Assembly: GCA_030605615.1 (NCBI GenBank)
Contig: JAUWHZ010000024.1
Coordinates: 1,680 to 65,679 of the forward strand
DNA length: 64,000 bases
Direction of reading: 5' to 3'
Source: Atribacterota bacterium
GTDB lineage: Bacteria; Atribacterota; Phoenicimicrobiia; Phoenicimicrobiales; Phoenicimicrobiaceae
A program made the position numbers and the translations under genes. Below, piece by piece: positions 40,457-50,934 of the stretch (positions are counted from its first letter, which is position 1; each line of letters begins with the position of its first letter). The notes under the pieces are model-generated. The model saw only the letters and a list, made by a program, of their open reading frames with translations, searched no databases and was not told where the DNA came from.

Positions 40457-40520
40457 TTTTATATATTCAACAAAAAATTATGATCTTCCTGCTCTATTTG
40501 TAAAATATCTCTTATATTTT

Positions 40521-41630
40521 TCAAATTTTTTTAATATACTCATAAATCAAGTTAACAATCTTCTCAGCTGAATTTACATTACTTAATTCTCCGCTCTTTT
40601 TAGCCATTATTTCTAATTGATTCTTATTTTTTAATAAATCAAGCAAAACCTTTGCCAGCTTTTTTCCAGATAAGTCTTTTTCTAAAATTAATTCCGCGGC
40701 TCCTTCTCTTTCTAAAACCCTAGCATTAATTTCCTGATGGTTATTGGTAGCATGGGGATAAGGTATTAAAATTGCAGGTAAACCATAAGTACTAATCTCA
40801 GCCAATGTTGTAGCCCCAGCCCGACAGATTGCTAAATCAGCCAAAGAATAAGCTTTTTCAATATTATAGAGATAAGGTTCTACAGAAAAAATATTATTAT
40901 CTTTTCCTATTATTTCAATAATTTTTTCATAATCATCAGATCCACTAATCAGTAAAACTTGCCATTGATTTTTTATAAAACCCTTGATTAAATTGACCCC
41001 TTTTACAACAGCCCTATTAATAGAAGCTGCCCCTTTACTGCCGCCAAATACTAATATAGTTTTTTTAAAAGAATTTAATTTAAATATTTGGTAATCTTTA
41101 TTGTTAACATGCTCTAAATTTTTAAACCTAATTGGATTACCGGTTAAAATTAATTTTGATTTCTTTTTAAAATATCTTCGTGATTGGTCAAAACTTAAAA
41201 ATATCGCTTTTACCATATGAGATAAGAATTTATTGGTAATCCCCGGTATCACATTTTGTTCATGAATAAAAGTTGGAATACCCAATAAAGCAGCCATTAA
41301 AACAACTGAACCACTTACATAACCACCTGTTCCAATAACTACATCCGGCTTATAATTTTTTATAATTTTATATGATTGGATTAAAGAAATAAAAAATATT
41401 ATGATTGCTATAAGATTTTCTAAACAAATTTTTCGTTGTATGCCTTGGGCCTTTATTTTGATAAATTTAAAACCTTCACGGGGAATAACTTTTGATTCTA
41501 ATCCTCTTTCGGTTCCTACAAATATAATATCATTATTAGCATTCCTGTCTTTTAACTCGTAAGCTAAACTAATTCCTGGATATATATGCCCCCCTGTTCC
41601 ACCCCCTGATATTACTACCTTTAAAGACAT
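40521..41630 (-). CDS. murG: UDP-N-acetylglucosamine--N-acetylmuramyl-(pentapeptide) pyrophosphoryl-undecaprenol GlcNAc transferase
   Basis: GT-B fold with N-terminus VISGGGTGGHIYPG. Confidence 0.9.
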   Translation of the reverse strand: MSLKVVISGGGTGGHIYPGISLAYELKDRNANNDIIFVGTERGLESKVIPREGFKFIKIKAQGIQRKICLENLIAIIIFFISLIQSYKIIKNYKPDVVIGTGGYVSGSVVLMAALLGIPTFIHEQNVIPGITNKFLSHMVKAIFLSFDQSRRYFKKKSKLILTGNPIRFKNLEHVNNKDYQIFKLNSFKKTILVFGGSKGAASINRAVVKGVNLIKGFIKNQWQVLLISGSDDYEKIIEIIGKDNNIFSVEPYLYNIEKAYSLADLAICRAGATTLAEISTYGLPAILIPYPHATNNHQEINARVLEREGAAELILEKDLSGKKLAKVLLDLLKNKNQLEIMAKKSGELSNVNSAEKIVNLIYEYIKKI

Positions 41631-41633
41631 TCA

Positions 41634-42749
41634 TTACACTCCATGTTCTTTTACTCTATACTGAGAAATATTCAATAAAATTCCCGCACAAAACATATTT
41701 ACAATTAATGATGAACCACCGTAACTAATAAAGGGTAAAGTAATACCGGTGGTGGGGATTATCTTGGTAACCACCCCAATATTTATAATACTCTGAAAAG
41801 TTATCATAGCAGTAATTCCGGCTGCTAATAGAGTTCCAAACTGATCTGCAGAATTAACTGCTATCCTAAATCCACGCCATAATAATACAATAAATAGAAC
41901 AATTATTACTAAAGTGCCAATAAATCCTAACTCTTCCCCAATTATTGAAAAAATAAAATCAGTATGTTGATCAGGAAGATAAAAAAATTTTTGCCTGCTC
42001 TCTCCTAATCCAATTCCAGAAATCCCGCCACTGCCTAAGGCTGTTAAGGATTGAATAATATGAAATCCACTATCTAAAGGGTCTTTCCAGGGATCCAGGA
42101 AAGAGAGTAATCTTATTCTTCTATATTCTTCTTTTAATAATATCAAAATCCCTACAGGGATAGCCGCTACCACCAAAGTAAAAAGTTGAATTACTTTAGT
42201 CCCACCGATAAATAACATAATAAAAGATATCCCTAAAATAATTAAAGCAGTACTAAAATCGGGTTCTTTTAAAATCAATAAAAATATTACTACCAGGATA
42301 ATAAGAGATGGTAATATCCCCTTGATAAATGTTTTTATTTCTTCAGAATGTTTCCTGGTTAATGATTCTGCCATATATAGAATTAATGCAAATTTGGCAA
42401 TTTCAGAAGGTTGAAAAGAAAAAAATCCTATTTTAACCCATCTTCTTGCCCCACCTGCAGATCTTCCAATTTCTGGAATAAATACTAAGGAGAGTAGTAT
42501 AATGGATAAAACCAAGATGGGCAGAGCAACCCTTTTATAGTAATGGTAATCGGTATATATAGCGAAAAAGAAAATTATCAAACCTATTATAGCATAAAGT
42601 ATTTGTCTTTTTAAAAAGAAATAACTATCTCCATACCATTTATAAGCCATAACATAACTTGAACTAAAAACCATACATACACCAATAGCCATCAGAATAG
42701 TAACTGCTATAAAAAGCCATAAATCAGGAGACTTTTTTTCTATTATCAT
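41634..42749 (-). CDS. ftsW: Peptidoglycan glycosyltransferase FtsW (SEDS family)
   Basis: 371-aa polytopic SEDS protein (..PSEIAKFALILY..). Immediately upstream of murG. Confidence 0.85.
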   Translation of the reverse strand: MIIEKKSPDLWLFIAVTILMAIGVCMVFSSSYVMAYKWYGDSYFFLKRQILYAIIGLIIFFFAIYTDYHYYKRVALPILVLSIILLSLVFIPEIGRSAGGARRWVKIGFFSFQPSEIAKFALILYMAESLTRKHSEEIKTFIKGILPSLIILVVIFLLILKEPDFSTALIILGISFIMLFIGGTKVIQLFTLVVAAIPVGILILLKEEYRRIRLLSFLDPWKDPLDSGFHIIQSLTALGSGGISGIGLGESRQKFFYLPDQHTDFIFSIIGEELGFIGTLVIIVLFIVLLWRGFRIAVNSADQFGTLLAAGITAMITFQSIINIGVVTKIIPTTGITLPFISYGGSSLIVNMFCAGILLNISQYRVKEHGV

Positions 42750-43051
42750 TTCATTATAACCCCATATTTAGTCGTTAGTATAAATACAAGATGCAAGTTA
42801 ATCTAGTTATCCGGTTACCCAGTTTAGTTTGCCGGTTAAATTAGTCGATAGTCGTTAGTTTTTAGACAAAGGGAAGTAGTTTACAGTTTTCGGTTTTCAG
42901 TAAAAATAATCCCTAGTAATCACCTCTCCGCTTCCTGTCTGCAAACTTGCAACTCGAAACCTTAAACCCAAAACTTATTACTTATCACACATTACCCATT
43001 ACTATGTCCTAAACGCTATACGCTCTACGCTAATATACGCAATACACGATA

Positions 43052-44005
43052 CTAAATGCTGGCTATTCCGATAAGCGCTAAAATCGCTCCTGCTATCCAA
43101 AACCTGATAATAATCTTCGGTTCTTTCCATCCACAAAGCTCAAAATGATGATGAATGGGGCTCATCTTAAATATAATTTTTCTTCTTAATTTTACCGAAG
43201 TAACCTGAAATATCACCGATAAGGTCTCAAGCATAAATACTCCACCAATAATCAATAAAAATAATTCTGTTTTAGTAAATATTGCCACTGAAGCGAGTGC
43301 ACCGCCTAAAGCCAAAGAACCCACATCTCCTAAAAATATCTGTGCTGGATAAAAATTATAGATTAAAAAACCAAGAGAGATAAAAGCAACTATAAGAGCA
43401 AAGAGGCTCACGGACCAAGTATTTTGGATATAAGCAATTAAAGCAAAACTAATCATGGCAATAAATATTAAACCGGTAGCTAATCCATCCAAACCATCGG
43501 TTAAATTTACCGCATTAACCGAACTAATCAACACTAAAACTATAAAAGGAATAAACATTCTGCCTAAATTTATACTGTTTTTCAAAAAAGGGAGATAAAT
43601 TTCTGTACCCAAATCAGTGCTTTGTTGGACACAATACGCAACTATTAAAGCAAAGGCAATTTGAAGGAATAACTTTTGCATAGTAAGAAGACCTACTGAT
43701 CTTTTCCTAAAATATTTTATTAAATCATCCGTTAAGCCAATAATGCCAAAACCGACAGTGGTAATCAATGACCATATAATGTATTTATTATAAGGAACAA
43801 GAAATATAATAACCAATATCAAAGTAAGCATAATGACTATCCCGCCCATTGTAGGTGTACCCATTTTATGTTGATGGAGATCTGGCCCTTCCTGACGAAT
43901 CCTCTGCCCCATATTATATTTTTTTAAATATTTTATAAAAACTGGCAAAGTAATAAATGGAATTATAAAAGAAACTAAAACTATTAATGGCCAACTAACC
44001 ATTCT
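43052..44005 (-). CDS. mraY: Phospho-N-acetylmuramoyl-pentapeptide transferase
   Basis: MraY motifs (..TPTMGG.., ..DDLIKY.., HHHFE). Start set at the internal Met (MVSWPLIVL) just after the murF stop. The ORF-track start at 44083 would overlap murF by 88 nt. Confidence 0.85.
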   Translation of the reverse strand, partial: RMVSWPLIVLVSFIIPFITLPVFIKYLKKYNMGQRIRQEGPDLHQHKMGTPTMGGIVIMLTLILVIIFLVPYNKYIIWSLITTVGFGIIGLTDDLIKYFRKRSVGLLTMQKLFLQIAFALIVAYCVQQSTDLGTEIYLPFLKNSINLGRMFIPFIVLVLISSVNAVNLTDGLDGLATGLIFIAMISFALIAYIQNTWSVSLFALIVAFISLGFLIYNFYPAQIFLGDVGSLALGGALASVAIFTKTELFLLIIGGVFMLETLSVIFQVTSVKLRRKIIFKMSPIHHHFELCGWKEPKIIIRFWIAGAILALIGIASI

Positions 44006-45449
44006 GCCCTCCCGAATAAATTTGATTATTTTTTTTATATTCTTCTTGCCAGAATTGTAAAATTTCTTCCATTTGCATCTCACGAGAACCTTTTAATAAA
44101 ATAAAATCTCTCGGTCTAACTAAATACCTTAGTTTTTTAATTAAATGTTTCTTCTCGTTTTTCTTAAAAGAAAAAACTTGATCTTTTTTTGCTCCATTTT
44201 CTAAAAAAGATTGGGCAATTATCTTTCCTCTTTCGCCAACAGTTATTAGTGTATCAATGGACAATTTTGCTATTTCTTTTCCTATTTCGTGGTGATAAAA
44301 ATCAGCCTTTTCTCCTAATTCAAGCATATCTCCCAGGATAGCTATCTTTCTATGATTTTGAGCAACTTCTACTAAAGTTTCTAAGGCTTTTTTAACTGAT
44401 AAGGGGCTTGCATTATAGGAATCATTTAATATTTTAATACCATTATAAAAATTATTTACACACATATGCATATCTAATGGCTTAAAATCAACTAATCCTC
44501 TTTCAATTATATTCGATTCAACTTCTAAGGCAAAAGCAACTGCGGAAGCAGCAAGTGCGTTATAAATATTATACCTTCCTAATAAAGGGAAAAATATCTC
44601 TCGATTTTCAACATCTTTTATTTTAAGGGTAAACTTCATTCCTCTGTCACCGATCATTCTGATATTGCAAGCCATAATATCACTTTTATTCTCCAGGCCA
44701 AAGGTAATTATTTTCTTACCTTTAACAATTTCCAACATTTTTGAGAAATAAGGATCATCTCTATTTAAAACTGCAATTCCATCTTTACCTAATGAACGTA
44801 ATAACTCTGTCTTAGCTCTAAAAATATTATTTTTTGAGCCTAACAAGCCGATGTGAGCCTCTCCGATATTAGTAATTACTGCTAAATCAGGAGAAATAAA
44901 ATTAGTGAGAGTTTCTATTTCGCCCAATCCCCTCATTCCCATCTCTACCACTAATATTTTGTGTAGGTCATTAAGTTGTAACAGGGTGAGAGGGATTCCA
45001 ATTTCATTATTATAATTTCCGGAGGTTTTTAATAGGGGGAATTTCTGAGATAATATATGGGCAATAATTTCTTTAGTGGTCGTCTTGCCATTGCTCCCAG
45101 TAATACAGATATTAAAAGTTTTAAATTTATTTTTATAATACTTAGACCAATCTTGTAAGGCAGAAAGAGTATCATTTACTTCTATAATAATTTTATTTTC
45201 ATCTATTTTCTCTTTTTGAAATAAACTCTCAATATTTTTACAGACTACTGCTCCACTTGCTCCCTTATTAAAAGCTTCTATTATAAAATCATGTCCATCA
45301 AAGTGAGGTCCAATTATAGCAAAAAATAAATCACCAGGAACTAAAGTCCGGCTATCTATAGAAACCCTGTTTACCGTGGAATTTTGGTTACCCTGGATTA
45401 TCCTTCCTGAAGTAGCTTCTATTAATTCTATAACTTTATAGTCTTCCAA
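43995..45449 (-). CDS. murF: UDP-N-acetylmuramoyl-tripeptide--D-alanyl-D-alanine ligase
   Basis: Mur ligase P-loop ICITGSNGKTTTKEI and MurF domain order. Confidence 0.9.
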   Translation of the reverse strand: MEDYKVIELIEATSGRIIQGNQNSTVNRVSIDSRTLVPGDLFFAIIGPHFDGHDFIIEAFNKGASGAVVCKNIESLFQKEKIDENKIIIEVNDTLSALQDWSKYYKNKFKTFNICITGSNGKTTTKEIIAHILSQKFPLLKTSGNYNNEIGIPLTLLQLNDLHKILVVEMGMRGLGEIETLTNFISPDLAVITNIGEAHIGLLGSKNNIFRAKTELLRSLGKDGIAVLNRDDPYFSKMLEIVKGKKIITFGLENKSDIMACNIRMIGDRGMKFTLKIKDVENREIFFPLLGRYNIYNALAASAVAFALEVESNIIERGLVDFKPLDMHMCVNNFYNGIKILNDSYNASPLSVKKALETLVEVAQNHRKIAILGDMLELGEKADFYHHEIGKEIAKLSIDTLITVGERGKIIAQSFLENGAKKDQVFSFKKNEKKHLIKKLRYLVRPRDFILLKGSREMQMEEILQFWQEEYKKNNQIYSGGQNG

Positions 45450-45453
45450 TTTT

Positions 45454-46926
45454 TCATCTCTCCGTTAATATTTTTTTCACTACCTCTTCATCATTATGGT
45501 GAATTATTCTATTATGATAAACCTGCTCATTCTCAGGACCTTTCCCGGCTATCAAGACTATATCCCCTTCTTTAGCTTTTTTTAATGCATGCTTAATGGC
45601 TTTCTCTCTATCAGCTATAATAATATAATCTTTATTTGTTTTTTTAACTCCTGCTTCAATCTCTTGAGCAATCTTCAAGGGATCTTCGCTTTTAGGATTA
45701 TCTGCGGTTATTATTACATAATCACTATATGTTCCTATAACTTCTCCTATAGTAACTCTTACTTTATTATATTTCTCCCCCCCGTGTCCGAATACGGTAA
45801 TTATATTATGTTTAGCAAAATTGCTTAAATTCTGCAATATATTGCCTAATCCGTGATAATTGTGAGCAAAATCTATAACAATAGTATAATTCTGACCATA
45901 TTCAAGTAACTTATACCTTCCTGGAGCTCCATAAAATTTGCTCAAAGCTTGGGAAATTATATTAAGGGGGATATCCCGAGTAACAGCAGCTGCTATTGCA
46001 GCTAAAGTATTGTATATGTTGTATCTCCCACTAAAATTTAAAAATATCTCGGCATCTCCTACAGATGTTTCAACTATAAACGAAGAACTTTTAAGGTTCA
46101 TTTTTATATTTTTGGCTCTAACATCAGCTTCTTTTCTTATTCCATAAGTAATTAAATTAACCTCATTGCAATTTATAAAATCTTTACTATGCTCTTCATC
46201 AATATTAATTACCGCAAACTTTTTAGTAGCTTCTTTTTTGCTCTTGTTCAAACTTAAAAATAATTTCTTCTTTGCATTTAAGTAATTAGTAAAGTTTCCG
46301 TGTATTTCAAAATGTTCCCTGCTAATATTAGTTAAGATAGCTATATCAAAATTACATCCTTCTACTCGGGATAGTTGTAAAGCATGAGAAGACACTTCCA
46401 TTACAGCATAGTCATTCTTTTGTTCAACCATTTCTTTGAGGGTTTTTTGTAGATCGATTGATTCCATAGTAGTCATATGGGAGGAGTTAATATTATCACC
46501 AATTATATTTTGAGCAGTACCCAGGAGTCCTGTTTTAAAACCTGCTTCCTGGAAAATAGCTTTTAGCATATAAGTAATTGTAGTTTTACCGTTTGTGCCA
46601 GTAACTCCGATTAATTTTAATTTTCGGGAAGGAAATTCATAAAATTGATTAGCTAAAATCGCTAAAGCCTTACGACTGTCAGCTACTTTTATTACGGTAA
46701 TACCTGGTCGGGGATGAATTCCCCGTTCAACTACCAGAGCAATGGCACCTTTACTAATAGCCTCGTCAATAAAGCAATGTCCATCAAAAATAAAGCCTTT
46801 TATACATATAAACAAAAAACCTCTCGTTATTTTTCGAGAGTCGTGATAAATTCCTTTTACATCTAAATCTACATCACCAAAAATTTCTTTAACTTCCAAG
46901 TTAGTTATTAACTCGCTCAACTTCAT
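45454..46926 (-). CDS. murE: UDP-N-acetylmuramoyl-L-alanyl-D-glutamate--2,6-diaminopimelate ligase
   Basis: P-loop GVTGTNGKTT and the DAP-specificity motif DNPKSEDP. Confidence 0.9.
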   Translation of the reverse strand: MKLSELITNLEVKEIFGDVDLDVKGIYHDSRKITRGFLFICIKGFIFDGHCFIDEAISKGAIALVVERGIHPRPGITVIKVADSRKALAILANQFYEFPSRKLKLIGVTGTNGKTTITYMLKAIFQEAGFKTGLLGTAQNIIGDNINSSHMTTMESIDLQKTLKEMVEQKNDYAVMEVSSHALQLSRVEGCNFDIAILTNISREHFEIHGNFTNYLNAKKKLFLSLNKSKKEATKKFAVINIDEEHSKDFINCNEVNLITYGIRKEADVRAKNIKMNLKSSSFIVETSVGDAEIFLNFSGRYNIYNTLAAIAAAVTRDIPLNIISQALSKFYGAPGRYKLLEYGQNYTIVIDFAHNYHGLGNILQNLSNFAKHNIITVFGHGGEKYNKVRVTIGEVIGTYSDYVIITADNPKSEDPLKIAQEIEAGVKKTNKDYIIIADREKAIKHALKKAKEGDIVLIAGKGPENEQVYHNRIIHHNDEEVVKKILTER

Positions 46927-47245
46927 AGAATAAATTACCTCTAATTTTCCTGATTCGTATATAGTATATCGTATTGCGTATTGCGTTTCAATTCAATCTC
47001 GTATTGCGTATTGCGTATCGCGTATTTCGTTTGTTTCCCCCTCACCCTAACCCTCTCCCCCGAAGGGGAGAGGAAATAAAAATTCAATATCTTCTAATTC
47101 ACTCTATACACTATTTAATATTCTGGCTACTGACTCCTGAATTCTGGCTCCTTTGAATTTCCTACACGCAAAACGCTATACGCTTTTTCTTCTTAACTAT
47201 ATACTATTTCTTCACGCGATACGCGATACGCAATACTCGATACTA
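46927..47245. repeat. 319-bp composite repeat spacer between ftsI and murE: a CGTATTGCGTAT-word array, a CCCTCACCCT hairpin, a TTCTGGCT-rich core, then an inverted GATACGCGATACGCAATAC array
   Basis: The forward array at 46957-47030 and the reverse-complement-like array at 47165-47245 flank a unique core as inverted repeats. A family-A hairpin lies at 47037-47073. Confidence 0.7.
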
Positions 47246-48928
47246 TTACTGATTGGGTGGAATTGATAAATAAGGGAGGGCTTTGGAAGCAATTTCTTTA
47301 AAGACCGGAGCTGCCACTGTACCACCATAATAGCTACCTTTGGGTTGATCTAATAAAACTAATATAGATATCTGGGGATTCTCAGCAGGAACATAACCTG
47401 CAAATAAGGAATTGTATTTATCATCAGAATACTTGCCGATAGAGAAATCAAATTTTTGGGCAGTCCCAGTTTTACCTGCTACTTGATAAGCTGTAAGATT
47501 AGCCCTTTTACCAGTTCCATCACTTACAACTTGTTCTAATATTTTAGTCATAGTTAAGGCTGTATCGACCGATATTACCTGTCTTATTGGTTTCGGTTTG
47601 AATATTTTAATTCTGTTTTGATTAGAATCCAAAATTTCTTTTACTATCATCGGTCTCATCAAAGTCCCTCTATTAGCTATGGCTGATACTGCCATTATTA
47701 ATTGAATTGGTGTTACTGAAATTTCCTGGCCTATAGACAAAGATGCTAAGGAAATCTTTGACCAATCCTTTGAACTTCTCACTAATCCATTTATTTCACC
47801 AGGTAAATTTATTTCAGTTAATGCCCCAAATCCAAACCTTCTTATAGATTTTTCAAAAACTTTTTCATCCAATCTTGTTCCAGTTTGAATTACTCCTACA
47901 TTACAGGAGTTCTTCACTATATCGGTAAGATCTTGTGAACCATGTTGGTGTATATCATGAAAAATATGTCCCTTATACTTCATCCATCCCTTGCAATAAA
48001 ACTGATCATCTAACTTGGCCACTCTTTCATTTAAGGCGGTAGCTATGGTAACAACTTTAAAGGTCGATCCTGGTTCATAGGCATCAGTAATTGCTCTATT
48101 CCTCCAGAGATCTTGAGAAAATTTATCAAAATAATTTGGATCATATGAAGGTCTTACTGCCATGGCTAATATTTCGCCAGTTTTAGGTTTTACCACAATA
48201 GCAACCCCGGCTTTCGCTTTGTATTTTTGAAAAGCTTTATCCAGGGCTTCCTCAGTAATATATTGTATGACTTCATCAATAGTTAAAACAATTGATTTTC
48301 CATCTCGATGGGCAGTTGGTTCCTTAATGCTAAGAGGTATCTTCCCTCCCGAGGCATCTCTTTCCAAAATTACCAAACCAGGTAAACCTTTTAATTCCTT
48401 ATCGAAAAATAACTCCAATCCCTCCAATCCTTGATTATCTATCCCCACAAATCCTAATAGATTAGAAGCTAAATAATTCTTAGGATAATATCTCTTGCTC
48501 TCATCTAAAAAATCCAAACCATCTAAATTTATTTTTTTAATCTTTGCAACTTCTGTATCTGTTAATTTCCTTTTTATCCACACAAAAGATCTTTTCTGGT
48601 TTAATTTATCCAGTACATCTTTTGTTTTCAAATTCAAAATTGAGGATATTTTTCGGGCAGTTTCTTGAGGATTTTTAACTTTAGAGGGAATAGCAAATAA
48701 GGATTGAACAGTAACATTTACAGCTAATTTCTTTAAATTTCTATCATAGATATTACCCCGTTCTCCTTCAATAGAGAAAGAAGTTAGATGTTCTTGTTGG
48801 GCAATTTCTTTAAACTTATTACTTTGAACAATTTGAATATTATATAGTCTATAAACCAATAAAAAATAAAAAACTATAAATACTATAAATAAAAAAGTTA
48901 TACGTTCTCTTTTTTCTTTAGAAAGCAA
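47246..48928 (-). CDS. ftsI: Peptidoglycan D,D-transpeptidase FtsI (class B PBP)
   Basis: PBP dimerisation domain plus transpeptidase motifs STFK (PGSTFKV), SCN and KTGT (AGKTGTAQ). Confidence 0.9.
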   Translation of the reverse strand: MLSKEKRERITFLFIVFIVFYFLLVYRLYNIQIVQSNKFKEIAQQEHLTSFSIEGERGNIYDRNLKKLAVNVTVQSLFAIPSKVKNPQETARKISSILNLKTKDVLDKLNQKRSFVWIKRKLTDTEVAKIKKINLDGLDFLDESKRYYPKNYLASNLLGFVGIDNQGLEGLELFFDKELKGLPGLVILERDASGGKIPLSIKEPTAHRDGKSIVLTIDEVIQYITEEALDKAFQKYKAKAGVAIVVKPKTGEILAMAVRPSYDPNYFDKFSQDLWRNRAITDAYEPGSTFKVVTIATALNERVAKLDDQFYCKGWMKYKGHIFHDIHQHGSQDLTDIVKNSCNVGVIQTGTRLDEKVFEKSIRRFGFGALTEINLPGEINGLVRSSKDWSKISLASLSIGQEISVTPIQLIMAVSAIANRGTLMRPMIVKEILDSNQNRIKIFKPKPIRQVISVDTALTMTKILEQVVSDGTGKRANLTAYQVAGKTGTAQKFDFSIGKYSDDKYNSLFAGYVPAENPQISILVLLDQPKGSYYGGTVAAPVFKEIASKALPYLSIPPNQ

Positions 48929-48972
48929 TAACTATTCCCGCCTTTTTTAGCTTTTATCGTTATACAAGTATA

Positions 48973-49413
48973 TTATCTTAATAGTGATGAAATCAAGTCA
49001 TTTAACTTCTTTAGGTCAAAACTAGCCCAAAAATATTTTTCTTTTTCATAACTATTGCTGATTACGCCGATATTTTCCCCTGGATTAATTTTAGGAGTAG
49101 GGAGCGAGGCAATAAATTCAACTTCTTTTGGTCTAATCATTCCTAAATGGTTACAAGCAATTTTTTCAATTCTATCTAAGGCAGAAAGAGTCTCTACGGT
49201 AAGTTCAAATTTTTTATTCTGTTCTTCTAATCTTATTTTACAATTTTCCAGTTCTATTAACTTATATCCCAACTCTGTTAATACGATATTATTAGAAATA
49301 TAAAAAATAATTACAGAAGTGACAAAAACTACTAACATTAAAAATGACCAACAAATAATTAAAGTACTTTTACCTTCGTAATTACCATTGGCTATCACCT
49401 TACTTCTTCTCAC
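48973..49413 (-). CDS. ftsL: Cell division protein FtsL-like (TM plus coiled coil)
   Basis: Single TM segment followed by a coiled coil (..ELENCKIRLEEQNKKFELTVETLSALDRIE..). Sits between rsmH and ftsI. At 146 aa it is longer than typical FtsL. Confidence 0.6.
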   Translation of the reverse strand: MRRSKVIANGNYEGKSTLIICWSFLMLVVFVTSVIIFYISNNIVLTELGYKLIELENCKIRLEEQNKKFELTVETLSALDRIEKIACNHLGMIRPKEVEFIASLPTPKINPGENIGVISNSYEKEKYFWASFDLKKLNDLISSLLR

Positions 49414-49545
49414 TATTTTATCACCCCTTTATATTTCGATTACTTTCTCACGGTCGCTTCTTACAACAGTATTAAATCATCAATTTTGCTATTGGGTGGC
49501 ACTCAATATTACTTGAGTGCCACCCAAAATCAAACTACTGTTTAA

Positions 49546-50478
49546 TCAAGTTACAGGAATTATCTTTTCTGCTACTCTCAATTTGGCACTTCTTGCTTTA
49601 GGATTTTTCTTTACTTCCTCTAAAGAAGGCCTAATTGGTTTTTTGGTTAAAATTTTTAACCCATAATTCTTTTGCGCTATTCCTTCCCTTTTCACTTCTT
49701 TAAATAGGGTTTTAACTATCCTATCCTCTAATGAATGATATGAAATAACACAAATCCTGCCTTTATCATCTAAAACATTAATTGCTTGATTTAAACCTTT
49801 TTCTAAAGCCTTAAGTTCCTGGTTTACCTCTATCCTTATAGCCTGAAAAACTCTGGTGGCTGGATGAATTCTCCACTTTTTTCTCTTCTTAGTTTTAGGA
49901 AGGGCCCTTATTACTAAATCAGCTAATTGCCTGGTAGTAGTTATAGGCTTTTTTTGTCTTTCTGTAACGATCAACCGAGCAATTCTCTTAGAAAGACGTT
50001 CTTCTCCATATCTTTCAAATACACCGATTAGTTCTTTTTCTGTATATCTATTAATCAATATGCTTGCATCAAACTTTTGTGTTTGATCCATCCGCATATC
50101 TAAATGGCTATCTTCTCTAAAGCTAAATCCTCGTTCCTTCTCTTTTAGTTGGTGAGAGGACACTCCTAAATCAAAGATTATCCCCGATACTGCTTCCAAC
50201 TTTAAGTCAGATAGAATGTCTTCTAAATTTTTAAAATTACCTTTAACTAATTTCACTTTGCCAGGAAAATTTTTTAATTCTACTTTTGCTGCTTCAATTG
50301 CTTCTATATCCTGATCGATACCAATCAATAAACCATCAGGATATATATTTTTTAAAATAGCTTTTGAGTGTCCCCCACCTCCCAGGGTACAATCAATATA
50401 TACACCACCTCCTTTTTTGAAATTTAAATAGTGTAAAACTTCTTTTGTTAGCACAGGTATATGAAAGGAATTTATCAT
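49546..50478 (-). CDS. rsmH: 16S rRNA (cytosine1402-N4)-methyltransferase RsmH (MraW)
   Basis: N-terminus YIDCTLGGGGHS and SAM-MTase fold. Follows mraZ. Confidence 0.9.
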   Translation of the reverse strand: MINSFHIPVLTKEVLHYLNFKKGGGVYIDCTLGGGGHSKAILKNIYPDGLLIGIDQDIEAIEAAKVELKNFPGKVKLVKGNFKNLEDILSDLKLEAVSGIIFDLGVSSHQLKEKERGFSFREDSHLDMRMDQTQKFDASILINRYTEKELIGVFERYGEERLSKRIARLIVTERQKKPITTTRQLADLVIRALPKTKKRKKWRIHPATRVFQAIRIEVNQELKALEKGLNQAINVLDDKGRICVISYHSLEDRIVKTLFKEVKREGIAQKNYGLKILTKKPIRPSLEEVKKNPKARSAKLRVAEKIIPVT

Positions 50479-50481
50479 AAA

Positions 50482-50913
50482 TTAACCTTCTTGCTCATAT
50501 ACCCTTTCCGCAATATCTTCATATGAACCTTCAATTTTATTGAAGTATCCTTGCCAAATATCTTTACTCCAGATTTCAAGCCTATCTAATACACCGATAA
50601 CCATAACTTCCCGTTTGACCCGGGCATAATCTCTTAAATATTTCATTATGATAACCCGGCCTTGATTATCCAGAGTACAACTGGCTGCCCGAGAAAAAAG
50701 TATTCTTTTAAATGCTCGGGCATCTTTTTGTCCTAAAGGAAGCAATTTTAATTTTTCAGCCAGAACTTTCCATTCTTCCAGAGGATATACAAAAAGACAA
50801 ACATCGAGGCCATAAGTAATAACAAAATTATCACCTAAGGGTTCCCTGTATTTTGAGGGTATAATTAATCTCCCTTTTTCATCAATAGTATGTTCATATT
50901 GCCCTAAAAACAT
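50482..50913 (-). CDS. mraZ: Transcriptional regulator MraZ
   Basis: N-terminus MFLGQYEHTIDEKGRLIIPSKYR and a duplicated MraZ domain. Confidence 0.9.
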   Translation of the reverse strand: MFLGQYEHTIDEKGRLIIPSKYREPLGDNFVITYGLDVCLFVYPLEEWKVLAEKLKLLPLGQKDARAFKRILFSRAASCTLDNQGRVIIMKYLRDYARVKREVMVIGVLDRLEIWSKDIWQGYFNKIEGSYEDIAERVYEQEG

Positions 50914-50934
50914 AAATACTCCTTTATATTATAT

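Noticed and set aside
43052-44083. Long N-terminal extensions in ORF-track models of mraY (overlapping murF by 88 nt), yicC, the Zn-peptidase, and possibly ftsA and livG
   Set aside because: The extensions precede family-typical N-termini with good RBS spacing at internal Mets. Treated as over-extended ORF calls rather than real overlaps or novel domains.
46957-47245. CRISPR array hypothesis for the CGTAT-word repeat stretches
   Set aside because: Units are 5-12 bp words with irregular spacing. There are no 25-40 bp constant repeats, no regular spacers and no cas genes.
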